A DNA stretch of 63,416 bases, counting the filler, from Reclinomonas americana ATCC 50394 (Eukaryota): assembly GCA_048213135.1 (NCBI GenBank). It is 6 parts of 5 records of this genome, joined end to end, with 100 filler letters (N's around TTAATTAATTAA, not from the genome) between each part and the next. Parts side by side here need not be neighbours in the genome. Positions count along the whole stretch, not along the records: positions 1 to 24,805 come from PS015497.1; positions 24,906 to 38,772 come from PS015499.1; 4 more parts are not named here. One strand, given 5' to 3'. The stretch's first letter is position 1. Each line of letters starts with the position of its first letter. A program made the position numbers and the translations under genes. Positions 15,867 through 30,454 of the stretch are shown here, piece by piece. The notes under the pieces are model-generated. The model searched no databases. It was not told the origin of the DNA and saw only the letters and a program-made list of their open reading frames with translations.

Positions 15867-17924
15867 CTACACCTTGAGCTTCGGCGGCACGTGTTTCGAC
15901 TTCATGTTGCGCGACTTGTTGCGGTAGCCAAACGTGTTCTCCGTCTCGGGGGCCAGCGACTGGTTGAAACCGCCGCGACGGTTCATGTACTGGCGGTAGC
16001 GGCGGTCTTGTTGGATGCGCGCGTGGCCTTGGACGTTGCCGGTTACTTTCTTGCCCTGCGGAGTGGGGGAAGGGGGTGAGATGGGGAAGGGGGGAAGGGG
16101 AGGGGAGGGCAGAGGAAGAAAGCACTCTCTCAAGCACACGGGAGGCTGACACGACAACAAAGAAGGAAGAGTGCGTTCAATGACAGAGGAGTGGCAGCAT
16201 TTTCCGAATCACTGAGGAGGGAGAGGGATGGGCAGAGGAAGAAAGCACTCTCTCAAACACACGGGAGGCTGACACGACAACAAAGAAAGAAGAGTGCGTT
16301 CAATGACGGAGGAGTGGCAGCACATTCCGATTCACAGAGGAGGGAGAGGGAGGGGCAGAGGAAGAAAGCACTCTCTCAAACACACGGGAGACGGACACAA
16401 CAACAAAGAAGAAGAGTGCTTTCAACGACGGAGGAGTGGCAGCACTTTCCAAATCGCAGAGGAGGCCGACACACAACTGCAGGCCATGATGGGCGAAGAA
16501 AGGAGGAGCTCATGGCGCGTGAGGAGGAGACTGACGAGGGTGACGATGAATCGAGCGAGTATGCGGCGGAGACTGACGAGGAGGAGGAGACAGGATTTGG
16601 TCGCTGAAGCCACAGTTTGGGTCAAAGTATGTGACAAGAGTATATTCAACAAGGAAGGGTAACAATGACGCGCATGGTGTGAAAGGAAAGACACGACGGC
16701 GAGCAGAAGGAGAAGTCGGCGAGAGCACTCAAAGCGGGAGAGAGAGAGGAGGGGGCCACAGAGAGAGAAAGGGACGGAGGGAGGGAAACAGAGAAAGGTA
16801 TACTGAAGTCAGACAGAGAGTGTGTGTGAGAGAAGCGCAAAATGTGCACGAGATTGGAAGAGGAACAATAAAGACAGCTCAACGCCTAAACACATGTGCG
16901 ACTGCGAGGGAGGAGTGGAAGGGAGCAGACAACAAAGAGAGCTCTCTCTCACGCACATGGTAGACCAAAGAACAGCTGCAGAGAAAGGAGTTGAAACAGA
17001 AAGCGAGGAGTGACAGGAGTAGTAAACAGAGACAAACAGACATACACATACAGAGAGAGAGAATGAGAGCGAGAGAACGAGAGACTAGAAGGAGACGTGT
17101 CAATGTAGTGATCTCACCATGAAGGCAGAGGAGGAACAACAGAAACAGAGATCAGCATTCTCTCCAGCTGGATTGTATCAGTTGCATCACAAGGGAAGAG
17201 GACACAAGGCGGACGAAGAGAGTGTGGGCATCAAAGGTGGAGAAAAGACACAGTACAAACATGCAAGAAGCAATCACAAGAACAGCGCAATCACAGCGTG
17301 TTACAGCCCACCGCAAACGGCGAGATCTATACCCTCTCTCCCCTCTCCGTGCCCCACCTTGCTCGTATCAAACCCAGCCGGCAACCCCATGGCCATGAGG
17401 ATCTCCTCCTCGGTCATCTCGTGCGGCTGATCATCATCCTCCTCATCCTCCTCGTCATCGCTACGCTCATGCACACGCATCTTCTCCTCGCGACTCTCAC
17501 GCTCCTCACGACGCCTTGTGCTGGCCGCCGACGGTTCAAACGCAGCCGCCGCACCCGACAGTGCCGACGACGATGGTGGTGGTGGAGGTGGAGGTGGTGG
17601 CGGAGGCGGCGGTGGAGCAGCACGATCTCTCTCCCTCTCCCTCTCTCGTTCCCTGTCGCGATCCCTGTCGCGATCACGATCACCTCGATCGACGCCACGG
17701 TCGCGGTGGTCGCGGTAGTCGCGGTCACGTGGGTCGCGTCGATCAGCGTCGCGTCGGTCCCTTCCATAGTCGCGACCGGCTGGAGTGGGGGAGGGAAAGG
17801 GTGAGGGAAAGGTGGAGAGGGAAAGAGGGAAAGGTGGAGAGGGAAAGAGGGAAAGGGTGAGGGAGGGAGGGAGGGAGGGAGTGAGCGACTGAGACGAGAT
17901 GCCTGTCTGCCTGCCTGCTGCCTG

Positions 17925-17998
<74 letters not shown>

Positions 17999-18040
17999 CG
18001 ACGTCGTAGTTCTCTCTCACCTCCTCCGTCTCTCTCTCGT

Positions 18041-18106
<66 letters not shown>

Positions 18107-18162
18107 GTCGTNNNNNNNNNNNNNNNNNNNNCTCTACCTCGTCGTCGTCGTCGTCGTGTCTG

Positions 18163-18221
<59 letters not shown>

Positions 18222-18229
18222 GTCGTCGT

Positions 18230-18318
<89 letters not shown>

Positions 18319-18503
18319 CAAGGTGTTGCCTCTCATTCTTCTCTTCTTCATCTTCTCTCTCCCTCCTCTCTCTCTCTCTCTTTGTATGTCACGCAACTTC
18401 TCACTGGAGAACGCGAACGAGAGCGCGAGGAGCGCGGGCGCGCACGTTTCACCTCTCGCGACGATGCGTCATCAGTGGGCGATCTTGAACGAGACCGTTT
18501 CAT
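15867..18503 (-). CDS. SNRNP27: U4/U6.U5 tri-snRNP 27 kDa protein (3 exons: 18398-18503, 17358-17779, 15867-16055)
   Basis: RS/RD-rich N-terminus, then [47 protein letters not shown], matching the conserved SNRNP27K C-terminal motif. Confidence 0.9.
16108..16460. repeat. Intronic tandem repeat, about 3 x 120 bp, in SNRNP27 intron 2
   Basis: ggcagaggaagaaagcactctctcaa..cacacgggag recurs at about 16108, 16231 and 16354. Confidence 0.8.
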
Positions 18504-18825
18504 ACCGCGACGATCTGTAAACAAACAAGAAAACACAAGAGAGAGAGAGAGAGAATGAGAGAGAGAAGAGAGAAGAGAGAGAGAGCAAGTGTGTGTGAGA
18601 GAGAGGAGAGAAGGAGTTGCGCTGAAGTGCATGTCACAATGCAGACTGCACGCGTCTTTCTCCGTATCTCTGCGTGCCTCTCTCACGCACACACACTCTC
18701 ACACACACACTCCACTCACCCATCTTGCCTTCGAGCTCGTTCTTGAGTCGTGGGACGATGATTGCAATCACGTCCTCTCTCTCCAACTTCACAAATATTC
18801 GCATCCTTCCTTTCTCCTTCCACCC

Positions 18826-20403
18826 ATGAGCGAGCACCACGCGCCCTCCGCCCTCGCGCACTCACACTCTCACCGCCACTTGCACCGCTCGTACAAGTAC
18901 GCCACCAGCAGCACATTTCCACGTCGCGCAGTGCCCGTCGTCAAGTCGCTCGACGAGGTCACACTCGAGTGGATGCGCGACTATGTATTCGCCGACGATG
19001 CGCATCTTCGTGCGGTGCATCTGGCGCCCGCTGCAGGTACGCGCGCTCTCTCCCTTCTCTCTCCTGTGCATGCGAAGTTCACAGAGAATCTTGGTGTTCG
19101 AATAGAGATCAGCGGCATCGGCGGCATCACTCGCTCAGTGGAGCTTGAATGGGACGCGGGTGGCGATCAGCATGAGCACCCGCAGGCGGTGTTTGTCAAG
19201 CTGAGCAACCCACCGATGCACTCAATGATGCTCAAGTGCAACGCGTATGCGCGCGAGATGCTGGCCTACTTGCACATTCTTCCGGAGACGGTGGGTCTGC
19301 CGCAGCCGGGTCTGTGGGCGTATGCGTGGGATCCGACGACGCATGAGTTCACGCTGGTGCTGGAGGATGTGGTCAAGTCGCGCGGTGGTGCGCATGTCGG
19401 CGATCAGCGCGCCGGCTTGAGTGTCGATGAGCATTTGGCGGTGATGCGATCGCTGGCGCTGTTGCATGCGCGCTGGCAGGGCGCGCATCGGCATGGCAAG
19501 CTGCTCAGTGACGAGCCGTTTGTGGATCGCGTCACGGAGGGCGGCCCGCCAGTGCGTAATCGCGACGATGGCACCGCCGTCACGCGACTGGAAGCGTTCC
19601 TGGCGCACGTCGAGCAGGCTCCAAGGTCTTCACTGCCACCTCCACCACTTCACACCTTGCCGCTGCCACTCACTTTTCCCCCACACACACAGCGACCTGG
19701 CCGACATTCACGGAGCCACGCAGCCACACATTATCGCCATTGTGATGTCGCTGCTGAAGGTGCTAGCCGACGACTCGGAACTGTGGCAGAACGTGTACGA
19801 CTACCTCAATCGGCCAAAGGCCACCACGCTCATTCACGTGGATCCGCGGCCCGACAATGTGCTCTTTGTGCCAGCCATGGCCAGCAGCGAGACCGAGGAG
19901 GAGGTCGAGGCGCTGCTCATTGACTGGCAGGCCTACAGCATTGGCAATCCGTGCGTCTTTCCCTCCTTCCTTCCCTCCCTCTCTCTGATTGCGCGAGTCT
20001 CACTGGTCGCTGCAGCACGTACGACCTGATGTACTACCTGGCCACCATCAATCCACTGAGCGAGGAGCTGGAGGAGCGACTGCTGGCCGAGTACGTTCGC
20101 GAGTGGAACGTGGCCGACGCGGCGCTGTCGACCTCCGAGCACCCGCACCACTCACTCATACTGACGCGTCTGCGGCTCGACTTTGCGCTGACACTGGGCC
20201 TCTACGGCGTCGACCTGGTGTGTGGCATGGCACACGGCTATCAGCGCCTGAAGTCGATGCTCGAAGGCACACGACACGAGTTCAATTTGCGCGAGATGAG
20301 CGACACACTCGCCTGTCTCATGGAGCGCCACCACGTCCGCGAGGCACTGGAGGCACTGCATGAGACCATTGGTACGGGTGCCGAGGAGGAGGCCACGAAC
20401 TAG
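18826..20403 (+). CDS. APH / ecdysteroid-kinase-like (EcKL/CHK) small-molecule phosphotransferase
   Basis: VFVKL..YAREMLAY..LVLED..LALLHARW..TLIHVDPRPDNVLF (Brenner-type motif)..LLIDWQ..GNPTYDLMYYL across 4 exons. Confidence 0.8.
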
Positions 20404-20883
20404 AGAATGAATGAAAGCTGTCCCGGATCGCTGTCTCGGACAAGATTCCGAGATCCCGTTGATTTGCCGGTTGGAGAAAAGTCAACTCACACAGCTCACA
20501 TCGTGAGAGAGAGGAGCGCCATCGCTTTCTTTCATTCCCACCTCTCGTTCCAGTGTTCCCTCGTCGTTGTCAGCGTGTTTGTGACCGATGGGCATCTCGT
20601 GGTCCGCGACGACACAACCAACGGATCTTCCGCGCACTGACCAACAGGTACACACACAGACAGAGGCACAGTGATCGCTCGTCCATCGCCTCCTGTGTGT
20701 CCTTGTGCTCTACTCTCACGCACGCACTGTCTCTGGTGGCACGTGAACACGTGGCGTCGCGTCTATATCGATTGTTGTCTCATTGAGCTTTGTTGGCGCG
20801 CGCGAGACCGATCTCAATCAGCGCCTTTTTTTCCCCCGTCTTCCCCCCGTTCTTTTCTTTTTATTCCTTCCCCTCACTGCGAT

Positions 20884-22672
20884 ATGTACACGAGAAGGGA
20901 GGAGGAGGAGGAGGTGCTCACATTCTTTGCTGCTGCGACGCAGTTGTCGCCGGATCCAGCGGTCGCTGTGGAGATCGTCGATGCGACGCGAGTGATTGAT
21001 CGCGGTGGCGATGTAGTGGTGGAAGAGGAAGAGGAAGAGGACGAGGAGGAAGAAGTGGTGCGTGCCCAGCAGGCCGGATGGACGTTTGTGCGATCGAGTG
21101 AGGTGGCCGAGGCCATGGCCGATTCCTCTGCCCTGCCAGCGGTGCATCCGTCGTCGGTCGAGCATCCGCGCGTGTTTGAGATCCCGGCCATGGGTCGGCG
21201 GCCGGTTCCTCGCCACGGCTGCGTCAGGATTCTGTCGTTGGATGGTGGTGGTGTGCGTGGCGCGGCGTCGGCACAGTTCCTGGTACGCGCTTCGCCTCGA
21301 GAGACAACTTGTCGACTGCAGATCTAGACTGACTCGCGGTGCACAAATGCACGCAGGCTTTGCTGGAGACCGCACTCGGCCAGCCACTGTGTGAGTTCTT
21401 TGACATTTTTGCCGGCACCTCCACCGGCGCCATCCAGACGCTGTCTCTCGGCGGCATGCAGCTGCCGGCCGCCAAACTCGCCGCCCTCTACTCTCACGAA
21501 TCGTGCGCCCGGATCTTTGACCGATCAATGTGGGAGCGTATTCTGCCGCTCGAGTTCCAACCCAAGTACAACGGCGTCGGCAAGCGGCAGGTGCTGGAGG
21601 AGCAAATGGGCGGCACGACGCTCGGCGATGTGCCGGCCGACAAGGTGAACGGAGTAGAGACTTGCAGAGTTGAACAGATTCCTCTCCTCCGGATCCTGCT
21701 GACTCTGTGTGGGCTGTGTGTCGGTGATGGTGGCAGGTGGTGCTGGCCATGTCGTACGATGGTGAGCGTGAAATGAGTGAGGATGGTTGTGAAGAAGAAC
21801 GGAGTGCTCACTCCTTCCTGCAGTGGAGAATCGGCAGTCGGTGGTGTTCTCCAACTTGAACGTTGCGTCTCAGCAGTGCGGCCATCGTCTCATCGTTGAA
21901 GCTCACATGACGGCGCTGCATGCAGCCGGCGGATCACGGCCTGGGTCTGGCCGAGGTAGCGGACGCGTCGAGTGCGGCCCCGACGTACTTCCCCACTGTC
22001 CAACTCAGTGACGGCAGATTTTGTATCGATGGTGGCGTGACGTGCAACTCGCCGGCCATGGTGGCCATGGTGACGGCCGCCAAGCTGTACGGGCCCGATG
22101 TGCCGGTGATCATCTTGTCGGTCGGCACCGGAGTGTGCGTGGAACCCATTCCCGGTCCCGCGTCGCAGGTAAAGGGATGGGAGGAAGGATCAGAAAAGAA
22201 GTTGGTGACTCAGTCCATGCGTGTACAGCGCTTCGGTGCGATCAAGTGGCTCGAAAGCGGTCTGCTGGACATTCTCATGGATGTTGCGTGTGTCACGGGC
22301 CTGTCGGTGCAGTCGCGCGCGTCGCGTCGTTTCTCACACTGTCGGAACTGTGCGCAGACAACTCTGATTGACCAGCAGCTGCAACTGGTGCTCGACGACG
22401 ACTTCCTGCGTGTGAACTCGGTGATTCCGCCCAAGTTGGCTTCGCTGGACGGCTGCTCACCGGCCATTATCGAGCAGCTGAAGCACGTGGGAGTGGAGTG
22501 GTTCACGTTGAGTGGCTGTTGTTCGCGATCCGATCCTTGTCATTCGCTATTTGTATATTCCTGATGGTCTTGTGCACGCAGTACGTTTGGTGATCGCGCC
22601 GTGGAGTTGTGCCAGCGGAGACACTCTCCTGTGTCAGCAGGAGCTGTGCCGTCAGCGTCGCCAGCGGTGTAA
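20884..22672 (+). CDS. Patatin-like phospholipase (8 exons)
   Basis: ILSLDGGGVRG, FDIFAGTSTGA (catalytic Ser), ASSAAPTYFP and IDGGV (catalytic Asp), ILSVGTG. Confidence 0.92.
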
Positions 22673-23846
22673 ATTTGCAGGCTGACGCTGCTGAGAGCAA
22701 AACGAATTCGAAAAAATGACTGTATAATGTGTACTTTGAATGTAGATGATTGACTGTTGTTGGCCTAGAGGAACATAAATGCAGCATTGGTGCATTATGG
22801 TCATGTTGTTGCTGCAGGCGTCACCTATGGCAGATATCGCACATGTGCAGCAATTTCGATATCGAAAACTGAACAACAACAACAAATTCATTCACCAACA
22901 AACAAGCAGCAGCTGTCTTGATGACCAAGTTCAACCGTATCCAAAACATCAACACACACACACACACACCAATCTTGAGGCAGTAGCAGGTTTCTTGTGT
23001 GTATTCGCTCTCGGAGCTCCGAACAAGTAGAGAACTGCGATCTTCACCGCATAAGCGTGGTTGACCAGTGGATTTGACGCACTTGCATAGACGCATAGCG
23101 TTTTCTGCGATCGCACACGGCACATCGAATTCGGGAAAAGGCTATAAGCCAGGCAAACAAAGCAAAGCGGCTGCGGATCCATGAAGCAGGCAAAGCAAAA
23201 CAGTGGAGGCGTCGTAGTTGCAAGCTGTGGTGCTAATTATGCATCTCAAGTTTACATCTGTAAACCGCTTTGCAGCAGCACAAGGGAGCCTGTACGTGCG
23301 TGTCCAACACCATGCGCACCATGTACAAATGTCCGATCGCGAAACCCACCCCGTTTCCCACCTCACACACGCGCCTCACTCCACAACTGCCTGCCCCACT
23401 CTCCCAGTCACCACAAGTACAACTTCGGGTGAACTCTATGAATGCACCTCCAAGAAACCGCTGAACCGGGTCATTGGATAAAGCTGATCTGCGCCTCGAC
23501 CAAATTTGTCCATTTTCCTTGAAATCATGTGAAATCAGTGTCTTCCTCTACCCTTTACCCTTGAACCGATGCGTGAGTGTGATCAGCGTCTTTTTCTACC
23601 CCAGACCCGTCATCCGCGTACGTGGAATCGCTGTTCCTTGACCCTTGACCCTTGACCCTTTACCCTTTGTAGGACAAGGCGCAGATCAGCTATATCCAAC
23701 CGCCTTGAACCGCTGGAATAGAACCTCAAAAAGCCGTTGCCGCGATTTCCGATATCCGACACCAATACAATCACGCGCGTGCCACACGCCAAGACCACAC
23801 ACTCACACACTACACGGACACGCGCACACGCACATACCTGTACATC

Positions 23847-24805
23847 ATGCAACCACCCTCCACCTCAATATGCGGGCTTGTCTCACCAACATCCGCAACC
23901 ACACGACACAAGAGGCGGCGCACCACCGACGCACCCTCAACCGATTTCAAACAAGTTGCGCTCTCTCACTCACACACACTGTCTCTCTCTGTCTCACTCA
24001 CTCTCTCTCTCTCTCATACACAGATGATTGTGTACGCCTGCATCGCCTTTATCGCGTGCGTGTTGGCCTGGGCGGTGTTCTCACTGGCACAACACTGGGC
24101 CACCGAGCGCATGTCGACTCTGGAGAGGGACTTCCACGCAGCACAGTCGCTGCTGCTGATGCCCTCTGCGCCCTCGGGCTCCAGGCAACTGCTGGCCACA
24201 AACAGCAGCATTTTGCGCTATTTCCAGCAGGCGGTGCCTCGATGGAACCTGAGGTCAGTCGTGGAGACAGACAGAGAGAGACAGATAGTGATGAGAGAAG
24301 AACATACACACAGGATGTCAGTGGCGGACACCGATACTGAATGGCTCCCTCCTTTCATACATGCTGCAGTCTGAAACCCGTTCCTGCCAAGTTTGATCCG
24401 ACCAACACCGACTATCTCATCTCGATTGCCATGTGGTTTGGCGTGTTCTTCATTCTGGCGGCGTTTTGGTCGTTCTTTGGCCTGTTCTTCTGCTTCTGCC
24501 GGTGCTGCTGCGGGCGGTGCTGCGGTGGACGCAAGCCGCAGATGAACTGCTGCTGCCCGGGTCCGCTGCGCGACGAGCCGTACACCAAGTGCCAGGTGAT
24601 TGGGCCGGCGATTGTGCTGCTGCTGTGTGCGGCGGGAGTCGGCGCGTGCGCGGGTGTCGGCTACGTCGGCAACAACAAGGTCTCGACTGCGCTCGCCAGC
24701 CTCCTCGCCATCCCCAAGGACCTCGTGACCAAGCTGCAGGCGGCCGTCAATGAGATGGTCGCGCAGCTGACGACGGCTGGGTTTTCGGATAGCGAGGCGC
24801 TGACG
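23847..24805 (+). CDS. Tweety/prominin-family multipass membrane protein (3' partial)
   Basis: PRWNLSLKPVPAKFDPTNTDY + TM + FCFCRCCCGRCCGG + TM ending GVGYVGNNKVSTAL + helical region resembles the N-terminal half of TTYH proteins. An extra N-terminal hydrophobic segment is present. Confidence 0.7.
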
Positions 24806-24849
24806 NNNNNNNNNNNNNNNNNNNNNNNNNNNNNNNNNNNNNNNNNNNN

Positions 24850-24861
24850 TTAATTAATTAA
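24850..24861. other. Artificial scaffold-joining spacer TTAATTAATTAA in Ns (also 38817-38828, 42881-42892, 56684-56695, 61244-61255)
   Basis: An identical six-frame-stop 12-mer is flanked by N runs five times, and genes are truncated at these points. Confidence 0.95.
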
Positions 24862-24905
24862 NNNNNNNNNNNNNNNNNNNNNNNNNNNNNNNNNNNNNNN
24901 NNNNN

Positions 24906-24937
<32 letters not shown>

Positions 24938-25090
24938 CGGGAGGCGGTGATGAAACACAGCTGTGTTCCCCTCTCGCACAATGCGTGAGATGCGAGAAAA
25001 GGAATTGTTTGCGCGTAACGTTTGATGGCACTCGGTGACAAATCCACGCATGACTCACACGTGAGAGCGTTGTTGATCGTGATTCTTGCG

Positions 25091-27254
<2,164 letters not shown>

Positions 27255-27339
27255 ATGTTGTGCTGTGTGTGTGCGTGTGTAAGTATGCGATTGCGTGTAA
27301 CACCAAAAAATAAAAAAGGAGGGCGTGTTGTTTTACATT

Positions 27340-30300
27340 CTACAGCTTGGCATACACGGCCTTCTTCTTGCTCATGCGTGCCTTGACCGAGGCGATGAGG
27401 TCGTCCGTCTGCAGCATCGCTGAATTCCACGTGGCCATGGCCTCCAGGTCCTCGTCGACCGACGTGCCACCGTCTCGTGTGCGGTTGAGGAAGCGCTTGG
27501 TGCCGATCACGGCCACGGGTGACTTGCTGGCGATCTCCGACGCCATACGCAGCGCTTCTTCGACCACCGAGTCGCGATTGGCGCCGCACACGCGCGACAC
27601 GAGGCCGAGGGTGGCGGCCTCCGAGGACTGCCAAAGAAGAAGGAGGAGTGGGGAAGGGAGGAATCGGTGAGGAGAAGATCAGATGCAGCGGAGAAATGAG
27701 AACTGAAGAAGGATGAGAAGAGAGAGAGAATGGAATTGAGTGAGGGAGGAAGACGTGAAAGGAGACATGCATGTACGAGATAGAGAGTGCAGCGCGGGCG
27801 TGGACAAGTATGGAGTGTGAGACTGGAATCGAGTGAGCGAGAGATACAGTCACGCATGCACGAGCAGGGCGACACGGAGGAGGTTTGATGTGGTACAAGG
27901 GGATGGAATCGCGACCGCGAGAAGAAGACTTGAATGAAGATTACTATTCACGAGAAAAGAGAGGGCGACACATGCGGTGCAAGAGGCGAGTGCGACCGTG
28001 AACAAGCGAGTACACGTGAGACTTTTCTCTTCTGCATCGACAAACCAACAAACGCCGGCCAGTGTATGCCAGCTCCCGCACAATCGAATCGTTGCCCTGT
28101 GCACTCTCGATGAACACCGCAGGCTCACAAAAGAGAGAGATGGGTGACAAGGACCCACCACCACTCGCGGCAACAGCTGCAGCGTGCCCACATCAGCCGC
28201 CAGTCCCACATCGACCTCTGCCACGGTGAAGACTGCACGACCGCCACCATTGGTACACACGCAGAAACAAGTGACAAATAAGAGAGAGAGAGAGCAACGG
28301 CCACACGCAACAAGCATCGGCACTGCACAGGCGCACATCGCACGCGCAAATCATATCAATGGCACCGCCAATGCACGCCGAGTGCACGGCGGCAATGACC
28401 GGCACTGGACAGCGTCGGATCGCCGAGAACGACTCCTGCAGTGAGCGTACCACACGACGCACGAGAAGTGTACGCCTCGCCGTGTCCATCTCATCCCCGC
28501 CACCGCCCATCGCCACACTCAGTCCAGGAGGCTGCGCGTGCGGGAAAAGAGAGAGGGAGGGTGAGGGAGGGAGACAGGAGGACGGGTTGTTCACGTGAGT
28601 CTATCTTCACACTGTGATGAGAGAGAAACTCACAAGTGATCGCCAATTGCGACAGACAAGAATCGAGCCTGACAGTGTGTAAAAAGAGTGTCGTGCTGCA
28701 CATGACCAACAAGAATGACAGACGGATAACCAGAGGAAAGCACGAGTGATCATCTGCGCGGATAGATAGAATGCAAGCCTGATGGTGTGCAGGAGCGTGC
28801 ACACGTGGCCAACAAGAATGACAGACAGAGAAACTCGCACGCACAAGCAGAGGAATGCTCAAGTGATCGCCAGCTTGGATAGATAGGATGCAAGCAAGAC
28901 AGTGGAAAAGGTACACGTGAACAAGGGAAACTCGCACGGATAAGCAGAGGAATGCACGAGGCTCGGATCAAGCCTGACGGACTGCAGGAGAGCGTCGTGC
29001 TGCACAAGAATGACAGTCGGATAGGCAGACGAATGCATGAGTGCTCGTCTGCACGGACCGACAGGATGCAAGCCTGATGTGCGACAGCTGACCAGCAAGT
29101 CTCTTCTCGAATGACAGACAGTGAAACTCGCACGGACCCGAGCTCGATGATGGTCGCTCTCAATCTCAAAAAATCGCCCCTCCCCTCCCCTCCCCTCATC
29201 GCCTCCCTTCCCCCATGGCCACGCAACATTGGTGAGGTCCAATCCCACGGAAAAGTACTTGCCTCGTGCAGACAAGACCACACATCGCACATTACTCCAC
29301 GCCTTCTCTCCCCCTTCCTCCTCCTCNNNNNNNNNNNNNNNNNNNNNNNNNNNNNNNNNNNNNNNNNNNNNNNNNNNNNNNNNNNNNNNNNNNNNNNNNN
29401 NNNNNNNNNNNNNNNNNNNNNNNNNNNNNNNNNNNNNNNNNNNNNNNNNNNNNNNNNNNNNNNNNNNNNNNNNNNNNNNNNNNNNNNNNNNNNNNNNNNN
29501 NNNNNNNNNNNNNNNNNNNNNNNNNNNNNNNNNNNNNNNNNNNNNNNNNNNNNNNNNNNNNNNNNNNNNNNNNNNNNNNNNNNNNNNNNNNNNNNNNNNN
29601 NNNNNNNNNNNNNNNNNNNNNNNNNNNNNNNNNNNNNNNNNNNNNNNNNNNNNNNNNNNNNNNNNNNNNNNNNNNNNNNNNNNNNNNNNNNNNNNNNNNN
29701 NNNNNNNNNNNNNNNNNNNNNNNNNNNNNNNNNNNNNNNNNNNNNNNNNNNNNNNNNNNNNNNNNNNNNNNNNNNNNNNNNNNNNNNNNNNNNNNNNNNN
29801 NNNNNNNNNNNNNNNNNNNNNNNNNNNNNNNNNNNNNNNNNNNNNNNNNNNNNNNNNNNNNNNNNNNNNNNNNNNNNNNNNNNNNNNNNNNNNNNNNNNN
29901 NNNNNNNNNNNNNNNNNNNNNNNNNNNNNNNNNNNNNNNNNNNNNNNNNNNNNNNNNNNNNNNNNNNNNNNNNNNNNNNNNNNNNNNNNNNNNNNNNNNN
30001 NNNNNNNNNNNNNNNNNNNNNNNNNNNNNNNNNNNNNNNNNNNNNNNNNNNNNNNNNNNNNNNNNNNNNNNNNNNNNNNNNNNNNNNNNNNNNNNNNNNN
30101 NNNNNNNNNNNNNNNNNNNGCCTTCCTCCTCCTCGTCATCATGCGAGCCAATCTCACGCTGCAACCGCACAAAACACGCACGGATCTCGCGCCAAAACGC
30201 ATTCTACGTACCGAGCATCGTAAGCAAATGATAGAGAGAGAGAGAAAAAAAGGAGAGGCGCGCACACTCACGTTCATCGAGTTGCCTTCACTGGGACGCG

Positions 30301-30349
30301 CAAGCTCCACGTGCAACACGCGACCATCATCGCACAACGTCGTCTCCAT
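27340..30349 (-). CDS. ECH1: Delta(3,5)-Delta(2,4)-dienoyl-CoA isomerase (crotonase family), peroxisomal
   Basis: VLHVELARPSEGNSMNNAFWREI..VRCVVLSARGKYFSVGLDL..PVIAAVHSACIGGAIDMICACDVR..EVDVGLAADVGTLQLLPRVVGN..SPVAVIGTK..WNSAMLQTDDL, ending in the PTS1-like AKL*. Confidence 0.92.
28600..29140. repeat. Degenerate tandem repeat filling an ECH1 intron
   Basis: The motifs caagaatgacag, gaaactcgcacg and atgcaagcctga recur several times. Confidence 0.65.
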
Positions 30350-30454
30350 CCTTGCAACAATGATTGCGTCCTCATAGGACACTCTTCATTCACCGTCACT
30401 CGTTGTTGCCAGCCGCGACTCGCTTTCTTCCTCACACTCACACATACACACATC
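30350..30454. promoter_or_regulatory. Probable bidirectional promoter between the head-to-head ECH1 and EF-hand genes
   Basis: Only about 105 bp separate the two inferred start codons. No motif was identified. Confidence 0.45.

Noticed and set aside
22950..23470. Possible small minus-strand gene (PFPEFDVPCAIAENAMRLCKC..)
   Set aside because: No homology recognised and no consistent exon chain could be built.
23548..23668. (TTGACCC/TTTACCC)n as a telomere-like repeat
   Set aside because: Only about four imperfect internal copies, too little to support a call.
29327..30119. Large insertion in ECH1
   Set aside because: Both sides of the N gap encode the same EEEEG sequence, so the gap is probably near zero length.
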